In this document: piece by piece, positions 11,722 through 20,563 of the stretch
Numbering within the stretch: position 1 is the stretch's first letter
Layout: the number at the start of each line of letters is the position of its first letter
Source of the DNA: Fimbriimonadales bacterium
Lineage (GTDB): Bacteria > Armatimonadota > Fimbriimonadia > Fimbriimonadales > ATM1
Direction of reading: 5' to 3'
Assembly (NCBI GenBank): GCA_051003155.1
Contig: JBPCLO010000022.1
Coordinates: forward strand, 1-27,214
Length of the DNA: 27,214 nucleotides
Made by a program: the position numbers and the translations under genes
The notes under the pieces: generated by a model
Told to the model about the DNA's origin: nothing
The model's input: the letters and a program-made list of their open reading frames with translations, nothing else
Database searches by the model: none

Positions 11722-12891
11722 ATGTCCTCGACGACATTGATACTTGGCGGTGGATTCGGGGGACTCACGGTTGCGAACACTCTCCGCAAGCTGTTGCCTC
11801 CCGCTCACCAAATCATCCTGGTGGATGAAAAGCTGGCCTTCGTCCTCGGGGCCACGAAAACGTGGGTTGCGCTCGGCGACATGGAGCTGAAGGATGCCGT
11901 GCACTCGCGCAACCGATTGCGGGCCAAGGGGATCGAGTTTGTGAACGCTCACATCACGGGCATCGACCCGTTGGAGCGGCGGGTCGTCACCGACAAGGGC
12001 GACTTCCGGGGAGACCACCTCGTCGTCGCGCTCGGCGCCGATGTATCCATGAACGGAATCCCTGGTTTGGCCGAAGCGGCGGAGACTTTTTACACGGTCG
12101 AAGGCGCGGTTCGCTTACGCAAGGTTTTGCGCGATTTTCGAGGCGGCAGCGTGATGCTGCTCATTCCTAAGGGACCGTTTAAGTGCCCGCCGGCCCCGTA
12201 CGAGGGTGCGATGTTGGTGAACGACCACTTCAAACGCCGCGGCATCGAGGCCAAAGTGGACGTTTACACTGTCGAGGGTTTGCCAATGGCCACTGCCGGC
12301 CCTGAGATCGGCCAGTACGTGGTACAAAAGATGGCCGAACGCAACATCGGCTTTTTCAACCAGGTCAAAACCATGCGCGTAAAGCCCCATGAGAAGATGG
12401 CGGAGTTCGAGGGTCGAGACCCTGTGGGTTACGACTTGTTGCTGACGGTCCCACCTCACGCCGCGCCGAAGGTTGTGGTGGAGTCGGGCCTTGCCAAGGC
12501 AGGTGCTTGGATCCCGGCAGACCCCGGCAACCTCGCCGTCGCGGGCTTCGAGAACGTTTACGCGATCGGTGACGTGTCTACCGTGCCGCTACCCGGCGAG
12601 TTCAAGCCGGGCGTGAAGCTGGTCATGCCGAAGGCCGGGATATTTGCCCAGCATCAGGGCGAGGTCGTGGCTCACCACATTGCCGCCGCCGCCACGGGCG
12701 ATCCGAGTGACGTCAAGCTGGGAGGTACAGGCTTTTGCTACATCGAACTCGGCGATCAGCACGCAGTACGTGGGGACGGCAGCTTTTTCGACACGCCGCA
12801 CCCCACGATGGCTCCCCCCGCTGTTCCCGACCGCACCCAATACGAGCAAAAGAAGGCCTGGGTCGACAGCTGGATCCGGGACCGGCTTTAG
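11722..12891 (+). CDS. FAD-dependent oxidoreductase, sulfide:quinone oxidoreductase-like
   Basis: ILGGGFGG dinucleotide motif, KCPPAPYE, VYAIGD, PKAGIFA, second Cys in GFCYIELG. Confidence 0.8.
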   Translation: MSSTTLILGGGFGGLTVANTLRKLLPPAHQIILVDEKLAFVLGATKTWVALGDMELKDAVHSRNRLRAKGIEFVNAHITGIDPLERRVVTDKGDFRGDHLVVALGADVSMNGIPGLAEAAETFYTVEGAVRLRKVLRDFRGGSVMLLIPKGPFKCPPAPYEGAMLVNDHFKRRGIEAKVDVYTVEGLPMATAGPEIGQYVVQKMAERNIGFFNQVKTMRVKPHEKMAEFEGRDPVGYDLLLTVPPHAAPKVVVESGLAKAGAWIPADPGNLAVAGFENVYAIGDVSTVPLPGEFKPGVKLVMPKAGIFAQHQGEVVAHHIAAAATGDPSDVKLGGTGFCYIELGDQHAVRGDGSFFDTPHPTMAPPAVPDRTQYEQKKAWVDSWIRDRL

Positions 12892-13480
12892 AGGACCGCG
12901 CCCGTAATCGGGTCGAGTCTAAGCGTTGCCCGGTTGAACCCAGTTACGTTTGCTTCAGATCTCAGGGTGACAATCGGCATGCTACTGGCGCTTACCGCGA
13001 TCTCTTTCCATCGTCACAGGCTTGTCGTGATTTACCAAGTCGTCATACCGTGAAACCGATGGGACGATTCAGGGCCGAGTAACGATGGGCCACGATGTTG
13101 GTGGTTTCGCTTTGCCGCCGGACGCGCCCGTTTTGCAGATGTCGCCGCTTGCGTTGTTCACCGCTATTTCGTGGCACTGTCCGTCGTCCAAAGTAGGAGC
13201 ACGATCCGAGCAAACAGCTCTGTTCACACGAGCATCCATGTAAGTCGAAGAAAGAGATCTTGATCTCAAGCTCGACCGGCTGTGGATTGCCTTTGTAGAA
13301 TTCGAAGATCGGCCGTGAATCCCGTAATGAAAGGTATGCCGCCGATCCATGCCATTGCGCCGAAGAGATTCAGACGGAGTGCCGCAAATAGATGTACGAT
13401 ATGTCGCTTATCGAGAGAAGAAATAGGAAGATTACAAAGATGACGTGGCACCCATCCCGTTACGAGGTATTTCGCGATCA

Positions 13481-14404
13481 ATGACGAGCAGCCCTGCTCG
13501 AAAAGCTATCTTCGTCATAAGCGCGGCGGCATGTTTATTCACATCGCCGCCGATCGCTCTCGCGCTCGGGATTCTCTTTGCTCTCACACTCGGCAATCCG
13601 TATCCTTCTCAAACCTCTAAGGTTCAGAAGACGCTGTTACAAGCCTGCGTCGTCGGTCTCGGATTTGGAATGAACCTGCAGTCGGTTCTAGGTGCAGGTA
13701 GAACGGGATTCGTTTTTACGGTTGCAACGATCGCTGGAACATTGGTGCTGGGGTACATCGTGGGGACATGGATGGGTCTCGGGACGAGCATCCGACACCT
13801 CATATCAAGTGGCACGGCGATCTGTGGCGGAAGCGCTATCGCCGCTGTCGGCAGTGCGATGAAGGCTGATGCGCGAGAGATGTCGGTGTCGCTTGCGACC
13901 GTGTTTGTTCTTAATGCTATCGGACTCTTTCTTTTTCCGCTGCTTGGACATTTGTTTGATCTGTCCCAGACACAATTTGGTATCTGGAGTGCCATTGCCA
14001 TTCACGATACCAGCTCAGTTGTTGGCGCAGCGTCACGCTATGGCGCCGAGGCGCTTGAGATAGCAACGACAGTCAAACTTGCACGGGCGCTTTGGATTAT
14101 TCCGCTTGCGCTCGTGACGGCATTTGCATTTCATAGGAAGGGAGCGAAGATTGCGATACCGTACTTTATTTTCCTCTTCATACTTGCATCAATTCTTCGG
14201 ACGTACGTACCACCGATACAAGAGGTGTCGGACACGATCGTCGCGATTGCGAAGATCGGGCTCACGCTTACGCTATTTCTTATTGGAGCGGGATTATCGA
14301 GGGCGGCATTGCAATCGGTTGGTGTCAAGCCTCTTGCATTCGGCGTAATTCTGTGGGCAGCGATTTCGGTGACGTCGCTTGTTGTCGTCATCAACACACT
14401 CTAA
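13481..14404 (+). CDS. YeiH family membrane protein (putative sulfate exporter family)
   Basis: GLGFGMNL, GTAICGGSAIAA, FGIWSAIAIHDTSSVVGAA, ATTVKLARALWIIP; about 10 TM helices. The start could alternatively be GTG 13445. Confidence 0.9.
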   Translation: MTSSPARKAIFVISAAACLFTSPPIALALGILFALTLGNPYPSQTSKVQKTLLQACVVGLGFGMNLQSVLGAGRTGFVFTVATIAGTLVLGYIVGTWMGLGTSIRHLISSGTAICGGSAIAAVGSAMKADAREMSVSLATVFVLNAIGLFLFPLLGHLFDLSQTQFGIWSAIAIHDTSSVVGAASRYGAEALEIATTVKLARALWIIPLALVTAFAFHRKGAKIAIPYFIFLFILASILRTYVPPIQEVSDTIVAIAKIGLTLTLFLIGAGLSRAALQSVGVKPLAFGVILWAAISVTSLVVVINTL

Positions 14405-14430
14405 AAAAACTCTCCGAGACTTGCTGAGAG
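14403..14430 (-). terminator. Possible terminator for lrp-marC
   Basis: Minus strand CTCTC...GAGAG followed by TTTTTTT; the stem is short. Confidence 0.4.
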
Positions 14431-14483
14431 CTTGAAATATTACTCCTTGATCTTCAGCGGCATCAAAGCCGGCTTGATCGCGG

Positions 14484-15110
14484 CTAGCCCTCTTTCATGA
14501 CGTCGAGGACGACCGCGGTGACGCCGTTGAGGATGAACTGAACTCCGATCACGGCGGTGAGCAGTCCCATCACCTTAGTCATGATGTGCGTCCCTGCCTC
14601 CCCGAGCCTAGAAACGATCTTGGGGGCGGCGAGGAGCACGGCGAGCGTGATCACGCACGCGCCTACGATTGCTCCACCCAAAGCTGCCTGGTGGAGGCGG
14701 CCCTGAGCCTGGCCGGCGAGCATCATGACCGTCGAGATCGAGCCCGCGCCGGCGATCAGCGGAATGCCGATGGGCACGACCGCGGGGTCGGCTTCCTCCG
14801 ACGCTCCTGCGCCGTCGTGGTCGGGGATGCCCTGGAGGGCTTTCAGCGAAGATAGGACCAGGATAAGGCCACCCGCGATCTGGAACGCCGGAATCGTAAT
14901 ACCGAAGAATCCAAAGATCGCGGTACCCGTCAGAGCGAACAGAAGCAAGGCGATCATTGCGGTTAACGAGGCGCGAAAGGCGGTCTTCGTTCGTTTCTCC
15001 GCTCGCTTGCTCGTCAGCTGTAAGAACATGGGAGCCGCCGCAATCGGGTCGGTCATCGCGACGAGCGAAGTAAACGCCAGGATTCCGTACTCAAGAGGTC
15101 CGGCTGCCAC
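14484..15110 (-). CDS. MarC family integral membrane protein
   Basis: TDPIAAAPMF, FGITIPAFQIAGGLIL, VVPIGIPLIAGAGSISTVM, KVMGLLTAVIGVQF. The start overlaps the Lrp stop. Confidence 0.92.
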   Translation of the reverse strand: MAAGPLEYGILAFTSLVAMTDPIAAAPMFLQLTSKRAEKRTKTAFRASLTAMIALLLFALTGTAIFGFFGITIPAFQIAGGLILVLSSLKALQGIPDHDGAGASEEADPAVVPIGIPLIAGAGSISTVMMLAGQAQGRLHQAALGGAIVGACVITLAVLLAAPKIVSRLGEAGTHIMTKVMGLLTAVIGVQFILNGVTAVVLDVMKEG

Positions 15111-15580
15111 TATGTCTCACCTCTGATAGGAACTGCGGTCAGAGTTTTCGGCGAGGAAAGCACGATTGTTGTCTTGAATCGCTGAATGTCGCCGATTTCG
15201 CTGAGTTTGTCGAGAACGAACGATTCGTAGTCGGCCGGGCTGGCGGCGACCACTTTCAAGAGGTAGTCCTCGTCGCCGGCGATGTGGTGGCATTCGATGA
15301 TTTCAGGCAGCGAGTTTACGGAGTCCAGGAACGCTTTCGCTGGCCCACTCCCGTGCGACTTCAGGATCACAGAGACGAACGCCGTGACGGGAAGGCCGAC
15401 CATTTCGCGATCGACGATGGCCGCGTAGCCCTTGATGTAACCTGCAGACTCGAGCTTGTTCACTCGAGCGAGCGTTGGCGCGGGCGTTAGCCCGACCCGG
15501 GTTGCGAGTTCGCTGTTGGTAACCCGACCCTCGGTTTGCAGAGTTTCCAGGATTGCACAGTCAACCGCGTCTAAGGTCAT
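15110..15580 (-). CDS. Lrp/AsnC family transcriptional regulator
   Basis: LDAVDCAILETLQTEGRVTNSELATRVGL...RVNKLESAGYIKGY HTH; ECHHIAGDEDYLLKV RAM domain. Confidence 0.95.
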   Translation of the reverse strand: MTLDAVDCAILETLQTEGRVTNSELATRVGLTPAPTLARVNKLESAGYIKGYAAIVDREMVGLPVTAFVSVILKSHGSGPAKAFLDSVNSLPEIIECHHIAGDEDYLLKVVAASPADYESFVLDKLSEIGDIQRFKTTIVLSSPKTLTAVPIRGET

Positions 15581-15585
15581 GTGCC

Positions 15586-15635
15586 ATATTATATTCTGTA
15601 TGAAGGCCAGTATGCAATATATTATATTACATTAT
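15586..15635 (-). promoter_or_regulatory. AT-rich lrp promoter with two ATATTATATT direct repeats
   Basis: ATATTATATT at 15586-15595 and 15619-15628; minus-strand TATAAT 7 nt before the lrp ATG. Confidence 0.6.
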
Positions 15636-16439
15636 CGGGGCTTTCGGACATTTATCGCTTATAGCCGTAGCTATGGCGACGCGGTCGATACCGGCAAGAT
15701 CGACCACTACTTCAGTTCTCAAGTCGCTAAGGATTTCGCGGACTTCTTCGCATTGGCCGGCCCCGAACTCGAACGCCAGAATTCCGCAGGGCCGGAGCAC
15801 GCGCTTTGAGTCACGCACAAGATCGCGTATGAATGACGTGCCGCCCTGTGCGAACAGAGCAAGGTGCGGCTCAAAGCGTTCGACCTCCTGCTGAAGCTTG
15901 ACGTCCCTCGGAGTCACATACGGAGGGTTCGATACAATGAGGTCGACGGAGCGAGCAGCGAGTGCGCCCAGCCTATCGGCGCGGATGAACTTGACGGGCG
16001 AGGCTAGCGCATGGGCATTCTGCGCGGCGATTCCGAGCGCCGCGCTGCTAACGTCGGTGGCGAGCCAGCAAGTTTCCGGGGATTCCAGGGCCAGGGTGAT
16101 GGCAATTGCACCGCTGCCCGTGCCAACGTCTAAGCACTTCATGCCTGGCGCGAGCATCGGCAGGACGGCTTCCACGAGCACCTCCGTCTCGGGACGCGGA
16201 ATCAGCACGCCGGGGACTACGGCGAAGTCGCGCCCGTAGAACTCCTTGCGACCGATCACGTAGGCAAGCGGCATACCTGTTAGCCGCTTCTGCAGCAACA
16301 TCTCAAGAGGCGGCTCGGGGGCATCCCACTCAGGATGTGCCAAAACTTGCGAGCGCGTAACGCCCAGACAATGGGCTGCGAGGACCTCCGCGTCCAGCCT
16401 CTCGACCGGCGCGTATCGAATCCACTCGCCGATGTTCAA
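15627..16439 (-). CDS. prmC: Release factor glutamine methyltransferase
   Basis: GMPLAYVIGRKEFYG, VLIPRPETEVLVE, LDVGTGSGAIA, IVSNPPYV. Start inferred at TTG 16439, overlapping the hflX TGA, rather than at 16553. Confidence 0.92.
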   Translation of the reverse strand: MNIGEWIRYAPVERLDAEVLAAHCLGVTRSQVLAHPEWDAPEPPLEMLLQKRLTGMPLAYVIGRKEFYGRDFAVVPGVLIPRPETEVLVEAVLPMLAPGMKCLDVGTGSGAIAITLALESPETCWLATDVSSAALGIAAQNAHALASPVKFIRADRLGALAARSVDLIVSNPPYVTPRDVKLQQEVERFEPHLALFAQGGTSFIRDLVRDSKRVLRPCGILAFEFGAGQCEEVREILSDLRTEVVVDLAGIDRVAIATAISDKCPKAPIM

Positions 16440-17707
16440 CTGGCCAATTGGTAGGGGCGTAGGCGCTGGGCCGTCTCGGCGATAAGCTCGGCCCGAACAT
16501 GGATGCCGTCTTCCCGGTGTTCGACCTCGAGGACTCGCCCAAGGTCGTAACACTCTTGTAGGAGGCCGCTCTTGTCATACGGCAGCAAGACCTCGATCGG
16601 CACGAGCAAGGAGCGAATCATTTTTGTGAGCGCGTCAAGCATCGAATCCGTACCCACTCCGGTCGCTGCCGAGACGGCTACGGAATTCGGCGACTGCGCA
16701 ACCAGCTCGCGCATTACCGTTTTGTCTTCCAGCTTGTCGATCTTGTTGAAGACGGTGAGCGCAGGCTTCTCGCCCGCGCCGAGAGTTTCCAGCGTCTCCT
16801 TGACCGCCTCGCTCTGGAGTTCCCAATTGGGATGGCTGACGTCGACGACGTGGATGAGGAAGTCTGCCTCTACGACCTCCTCCAGCGTCGCGCGAAAGGC
16901 CGCGACCAGGTTGGTTGGAAGGTTTCGCACAAATCCGACCGTGTCGGTTACGAACAGCCCGTAGCCAGTCGGCAGGTCCACCTTCCGCGTTGTTGGATCG
17001 AGTGTAGCGAAAAGCATCGGGTCCACGAAGATCTCGCTACCGGAAAGCTTGTTCATCAGCGTGCTCTTCCCGGCGCTTGTATATCCGACGATACAGCAGA
17101 AAGGGAATGGATGCTTGCGCCTGCTTGCTCGTTGCTGGTGTCGAGATTTGACGACGTCATCGAGTTCGTTCTTGAGGTGGGCGATTCTCTCTTTGATGCG
17201 CCGCTTGTCAGCTTCCAGTTTGGTTTCACCGGGACCGCGCATTCCGATGCCGCCCTTCTGACGTTCGAACTCCGTATAGGCCGCGGTAATTCGGGGCATC
17301 AAATAGGAGTATTGCGCCAGTTCTACCTGCAGCTTGCCCTCGCTCGAGTGGGCACGCTGGGCGAAAATGTCTAGGATTAGCTGGGTTCGGTCCAAGACCG
17401 GCAGCTTCAGGGCCTCCTCGAGATTCCTGTGCTGGACTCCACTGAGTTCGCAATCGAAGACGACGACATCGGCATGTTCATCCTCGGCAGCAGTATGAAG
17501 TTCTTCGACCTTGCCCTTTCCGATGTACGTAGCGCTGGACGGACGGTCGACACGCTGATGGAGGGTACCTAGGGCGACGACGCCCGCCGCCTCGCAGAGG
17601 GAGCGGAGTTCCTCTTCGGCGTATTCGTCTTCGGTCGCATCCTCATGGACGAGAGTAAGCACCGCCCGCTCAGCCGGCTTGCGGGTATCGGTGGCTACTC
17701 TCGGCAT
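16436..17707 (-). CDS. hflX: GTPase HflX
   Basis: DRTQLILDIFAQRA, EGKLQVELAQ, RGPGETKLE, VGYTSAGKSTL, LFATLDPT, DTVGF, NKID. Confidence 0.97.
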   Translation of the reverse strand: MPRVATDTRKPAERAVLTLVHEDATEDEYAEEELRSLCEAAGVVALGTLHQRVDRPSSATYIGKGKVEELHTAAEDEHADVVVFDCELSGVQHRNLEEALKLPVLDRTQLILDIFAQRAHSSEGKLQVELAQYSYLMPRITAAYTEFERQKGGIGMRGPGETKLEADKRRIKERIAHLKNELDDVVKSRHQQRASRRKHPFPFCCIVGYTSAGKSTLMNKLSGSEIFVDPMLFATLDPTTRKVDLPTGYGLFVTDTVGFVRNLPTNLVAAFRATLEEVVEADFLIHVVDVSHPNWELQSEAVKETLETLGAGEKPALTVFNKIDKLEDKTVMRELVAQSPNSVAVSAATGVGTDSMLDALTKMIRSLLVPIEVLLPYDKSGLLQECYDLGRVLEVEHREDGIHVRAELIAETAQRLRPYQLAS

Positions 17708-17717
17708 GTAGACAAGC

Positions 17718-18248
17718 TCAGAGCCTGATTTCGAAGACCCTTATGCCGGCTGCTATCGAGAATCCGCTGAAGTCCAGGCCTTCGAACTTGCTGTAGTAAT
17801 CATAGCGACCCTCGATATAGAACCTGCGATCGAAGCTGATGCCCGCAGCGGCGTTGGCGTTCCAGCCGACATGCGATTCGTCGATGCCGAAAGTCAAAGA
17901 ATCGACATCGCCCCAATACGGCCCGACGCGGCCGACGACATAGGGCAGCATCTTCTGGTCGCGGCCGAAAGACTTGGTTAGGCCGAACGTGAGCGGGATC
18001 AAGGTGACCGAATCGTCGTTCTCGCTGCGGCGCAGGATACCAAGATCGAAGGTGAAGCGCCAGTTGCCGGGCGTCTGGAAGCTGAGCGGCGAGATGCCGA
18101 TGCGGAACCAGTTCTCGCCCCACACCTCGCGAACGAGTTCGCTCTGCGGGAAATACATGCCGATGTCGACGCCTACCGGGACGTTGAGCTGGGCAACCGC
18201 ACCCGATGCGGTTCCACATGCCAATACCAATGCGGAAATCTTTTTCAT
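17718..18248 (-). CDS. Outer-membrane beta-barrel domain protein
   Basis: ATG 18248 (MKKISALVLACG..., SD GAGGAG), signal peptide, alternating amphipathic strands, PYVVGRVG, FYIEGRYDY, terminal GIRVFEIRL. Confidence 0.72.
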   Translation of the reverse strand: MKKISALVLACGTASGAVAQLNVPVGVDIGMYFPQSELVREVWGENWFRIGISPLSFQTPGNWRFTFDLGILRRSENDDSVTLIPLTFGLTKSFGRDQKMLPYVVGRVGPYWGDVDSLTFGIDESHVGWNANAAAGISFDRRFYIEGRYDYYSKFEGLDFSGFSIAAGIRVFEIRL

Positions 18249-18377
18249 TCCATTCTCCTCCGTGTGCTCTAAGGGTACCTTGTCGGCTGTGCGCTCGACC
18301 CACGTTCGCGGACGCCGGCGTCGCTTCCAGCCGATATCCTGACCATTGTGCACCATGATGCAGGGTATATCAATCCT

Positions 18378-18821
18378 ATGGGTCCGAGGATTAAGATAAA
18401 CATCTCCGCGCAGACGCCCGAATTCTTACCTGAATATGCCACCGACCTCGCTGCCGGAATGGACCTCAAGGCGAACGAAACCTGCACACTCGAACCCGGC
18501 GAACGCAAGGCGGTCGCGACGGGGTTGCGGGTGGCGATTCCGCCCGGGTATGAGGGCCAGATTCGCCCGCGCTCCGGCTTGGCTTTGCGGCATGGACTTT
18601 CGATCCCGAACGCGCCGGGGACCATCGACGCGGACTACCGGGGCGAAGTTAAAGTCATTCTCATCAACCTGGGATCGGAGCCGGTTGCGGTTAACCGGGG
18701 CGATCGTATTGCACAACTGGTAATTTGCCCGGTGGCCAAGGCTGAGTGGCAACTTTGCGACGAACTCCCGGAGACTGTGCGCGGCGAAGGTGGGTTCGGC
18801 AGCACTGGAATTAGTTCGTGA
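18378..18821 (+). CDS. dut: dUTP diphosphatase
   Basis: [46 protein letters not shown]. The start at 18378 (versus 18348) is inferred. Confidence 0.96.
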   Translation: MGPRIKINISAQTPEFLPEYATDLAAGMDLKANETCTLEPGERKAVATGLRVAIPPGYEGQIRPRSGLALRHGLSIPNAPGTIDADYRGEVKVILINLGSEPVAVNRGDRIAQLVICPVAKAEWQLCDELPETVRGEGGFGSTGISS

Positions 18822-19834
18822 ATCTTTGCGATAAGTGCTTTGCAGTGATCGAGAAGGAGGCGCCGTTTTGCGCCGAATGCGGGGCGCCGACGGGCGTCGA
18901 CCTGGCGGACGGCGGAAGCGACGCTCTTGTCTATCCTGAAATTGCCAGAGCGAATTTACATCGAATGCGTGGCGAGGAGGCTGAAGCCGAAAAGCTTTGC
19001 CTGACTATCCTTAGGCGGTTTCCGAACAATCCCGCCGCACATGTGCTTTTGGGCGACATCCATTTCGACCAGGCGCACCTCGATCAGGCGAAGCAGTGGT
19101 ACGAGATGGCGTTGGAGCTTACACCGGAGAATGCGGCCCTCAACGCAAAACTGGAGCGTGTTCGCGGAGAGTTGGAGCGCGAGACGATCCAGCACGGTGT
19201 TTCAGGGCTCGAGGTACGGCCTCCGGGGCGGGCTGCCGGTGCGCTTGTCGCTTCGGTGGCGGTGCTTATCCTGCTCGTCGCGGGTTTGGCGTTTTGGCTC
19301 GGGAACGCGAGTCGGCGAACTCGGGCGGACGCAATCGATCCCATTTCGATCAATGGGTTGGCGCCGGCGAGAAGCCCGAATCAGGCTCCTGAGGTGCCGA
19401 AGGAAGAACCGAAGGCTGAACAAGCGCCCCCGGCATCTACCCAGCCGGCGCGAGTTCCTTCCGCAGCGTCGGGGATGACGGCCGAGGAGAGCGGGCTTCT
19501 CACTTCTGCGGCGGCTCTGCTCGGGCCGCTTGGTTCCCGGCTAACATCACTTACCTACGATTCCGACAAGGTCGGCGCTGTTGCAACTTTGTCGGGCGAG
19601 CCGGATGTGGACTTAGTTAGGGATTCGATCGATGCCGCTCATGTAGGCGCCGCGCTTCTGGGTCAAGGACTGGCGCGCGTAAACGTGAGAGTGCTCGATC
19701 CGGCATCGCGCCAGATTCGGTTTTCGGCGTCGATGACTACTGAAGCGCTCGCTGCAGCGGTGGGCCAAGTCGGCACGGCCGAGTGGGCCGCGAGCGCTCT
19801 CATAAACCCAGCGCCTCCATTGGGTGGCGGATAA
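18818..19834 (+). CDS. Zinc-ribbon + TPR + transmembrane protein
   Basis: CDKC...FCAECG zinc ribbon; TPR-like [13 protein letters not shown]...[37 protein letters not shown]; Pro/Ala linker. GTGA overlap with dut. Confidence 0.75.
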   Translation: MNLCDKCFAVIEKEAPFCAECGAPTGVDLADGGSDALVYPEIARANLHRMRGEEAEAEKLCLTILRRFPNNPAAHVLLGDIHFDQAHLDQAKQWYEMALELTPENAALNAKLERVRGELERETIQHGVSGLEVRPPGRAAGALVASVAVLILLVAGLAFWLGNASRRTRADAIDPISINGLAPARSPNQAPEVPKEEPKAEQAPPASTQPARVPSAASGMTAEESGLLTSAAALLGPLGSRLTSLTYDSDKVGAVATLSGEPDVDLVRDSIDAAHVGAALLGQGLARVNVRVLDPASRQIRFSASMTTEALAAAVGQVGTAEWAASALINPAPPLGGG

Positions 19835-19861
19835 AATGATTGGTTTGAATGCATGTGTCTT

Positions 19862-20452
19862 CTAGCGGCGCCGCTTGGCTAGGAAGGCCAGACCGGCTGC
19901 AAGAACAATCAGTGATGCCGGTTCGGGGACCACTTCGGCTTCGAAGTTGTCGACCGAGGTATTGCCCTCGATCTGCCCGCCGCCGAATTCTTGCGAATCG
20001 AACAGGATGTGGCTGATGCCGTTCCCGCTGTTCGCCGAAATGATGTCGGTGTGGTTGAATTCGAACCCGCCACCGGAGAACACGCTGGTGGCCAACACGT
20101 TGTTATCCATGTCGTAGATCGTGACCCGGCATTCAGCGAAGTATTCGCCGCCGAATGCTAACGATGTCAGCGTGGCTCCAAACCCTGGGTCGAAGATGAT
20201 GTCCATCGTCGGTCCACCGACGCCGCCACCCAATTCTTGGGTGTCGACCGCCCAGAGCCCCTCGGGGTTGTTACCCCGGTAATCCGGATCGGGCTCACCC
20301 GTCGCGTAGTAATAGCTGCCGAGGTTGCTGTTCTGATACAGCCAGCGACCCCAATAGCTGCCGAGCGGGTCGGGAAACGTTTCCGACAATGCGAACGCCG
20401 GGGCTACACAAGCTCCGACAAGCGACAATACGAGCAATCTAGTTGTTTTCAT
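19862..20452 (-). CDS. PEP-CTERM sorting domain protein
   Basis: Signal peptide; canonical C-terminus VPEPASLIVLAAGLAFLAKRRR. Confidence 0.9.
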   Translation of the reverse strand: MKTTRLLVLSLVGACVAPAFALSETFPDPLGSYWGRWLYQNSNLGSYYYATGEPDPDYRGNNPEGLWAVDTQELGGGVGGPTMDIIFDPGFGATLTSLAFGGEYFAECRVTIYDMDNNVLATSVFSGGGFEFNHTDIISANSGNGISHILFDSQEFGGGQIEGNTSVDNFEAEVVPEPASLIVLAAGLAFLAKRRR

Positions 20453-20563
20453 TGACCTCTCCCTTTTTGTTCATCGGCGCGAGCGATGGCTGGCGCCTCG
20501 TACAGGTATAGCAAAAAAACCCGTCAAGTCAATACTTGTTTCATTTCGTGGGCATAATCTCAC

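Noticed and set aside
16440..16553. N-terminal extension of prmC in the ORF track
   Set aside because: It lies within the hflX coding region, and the TTG overlapping the hflX stop gives a normal-length PrmC.
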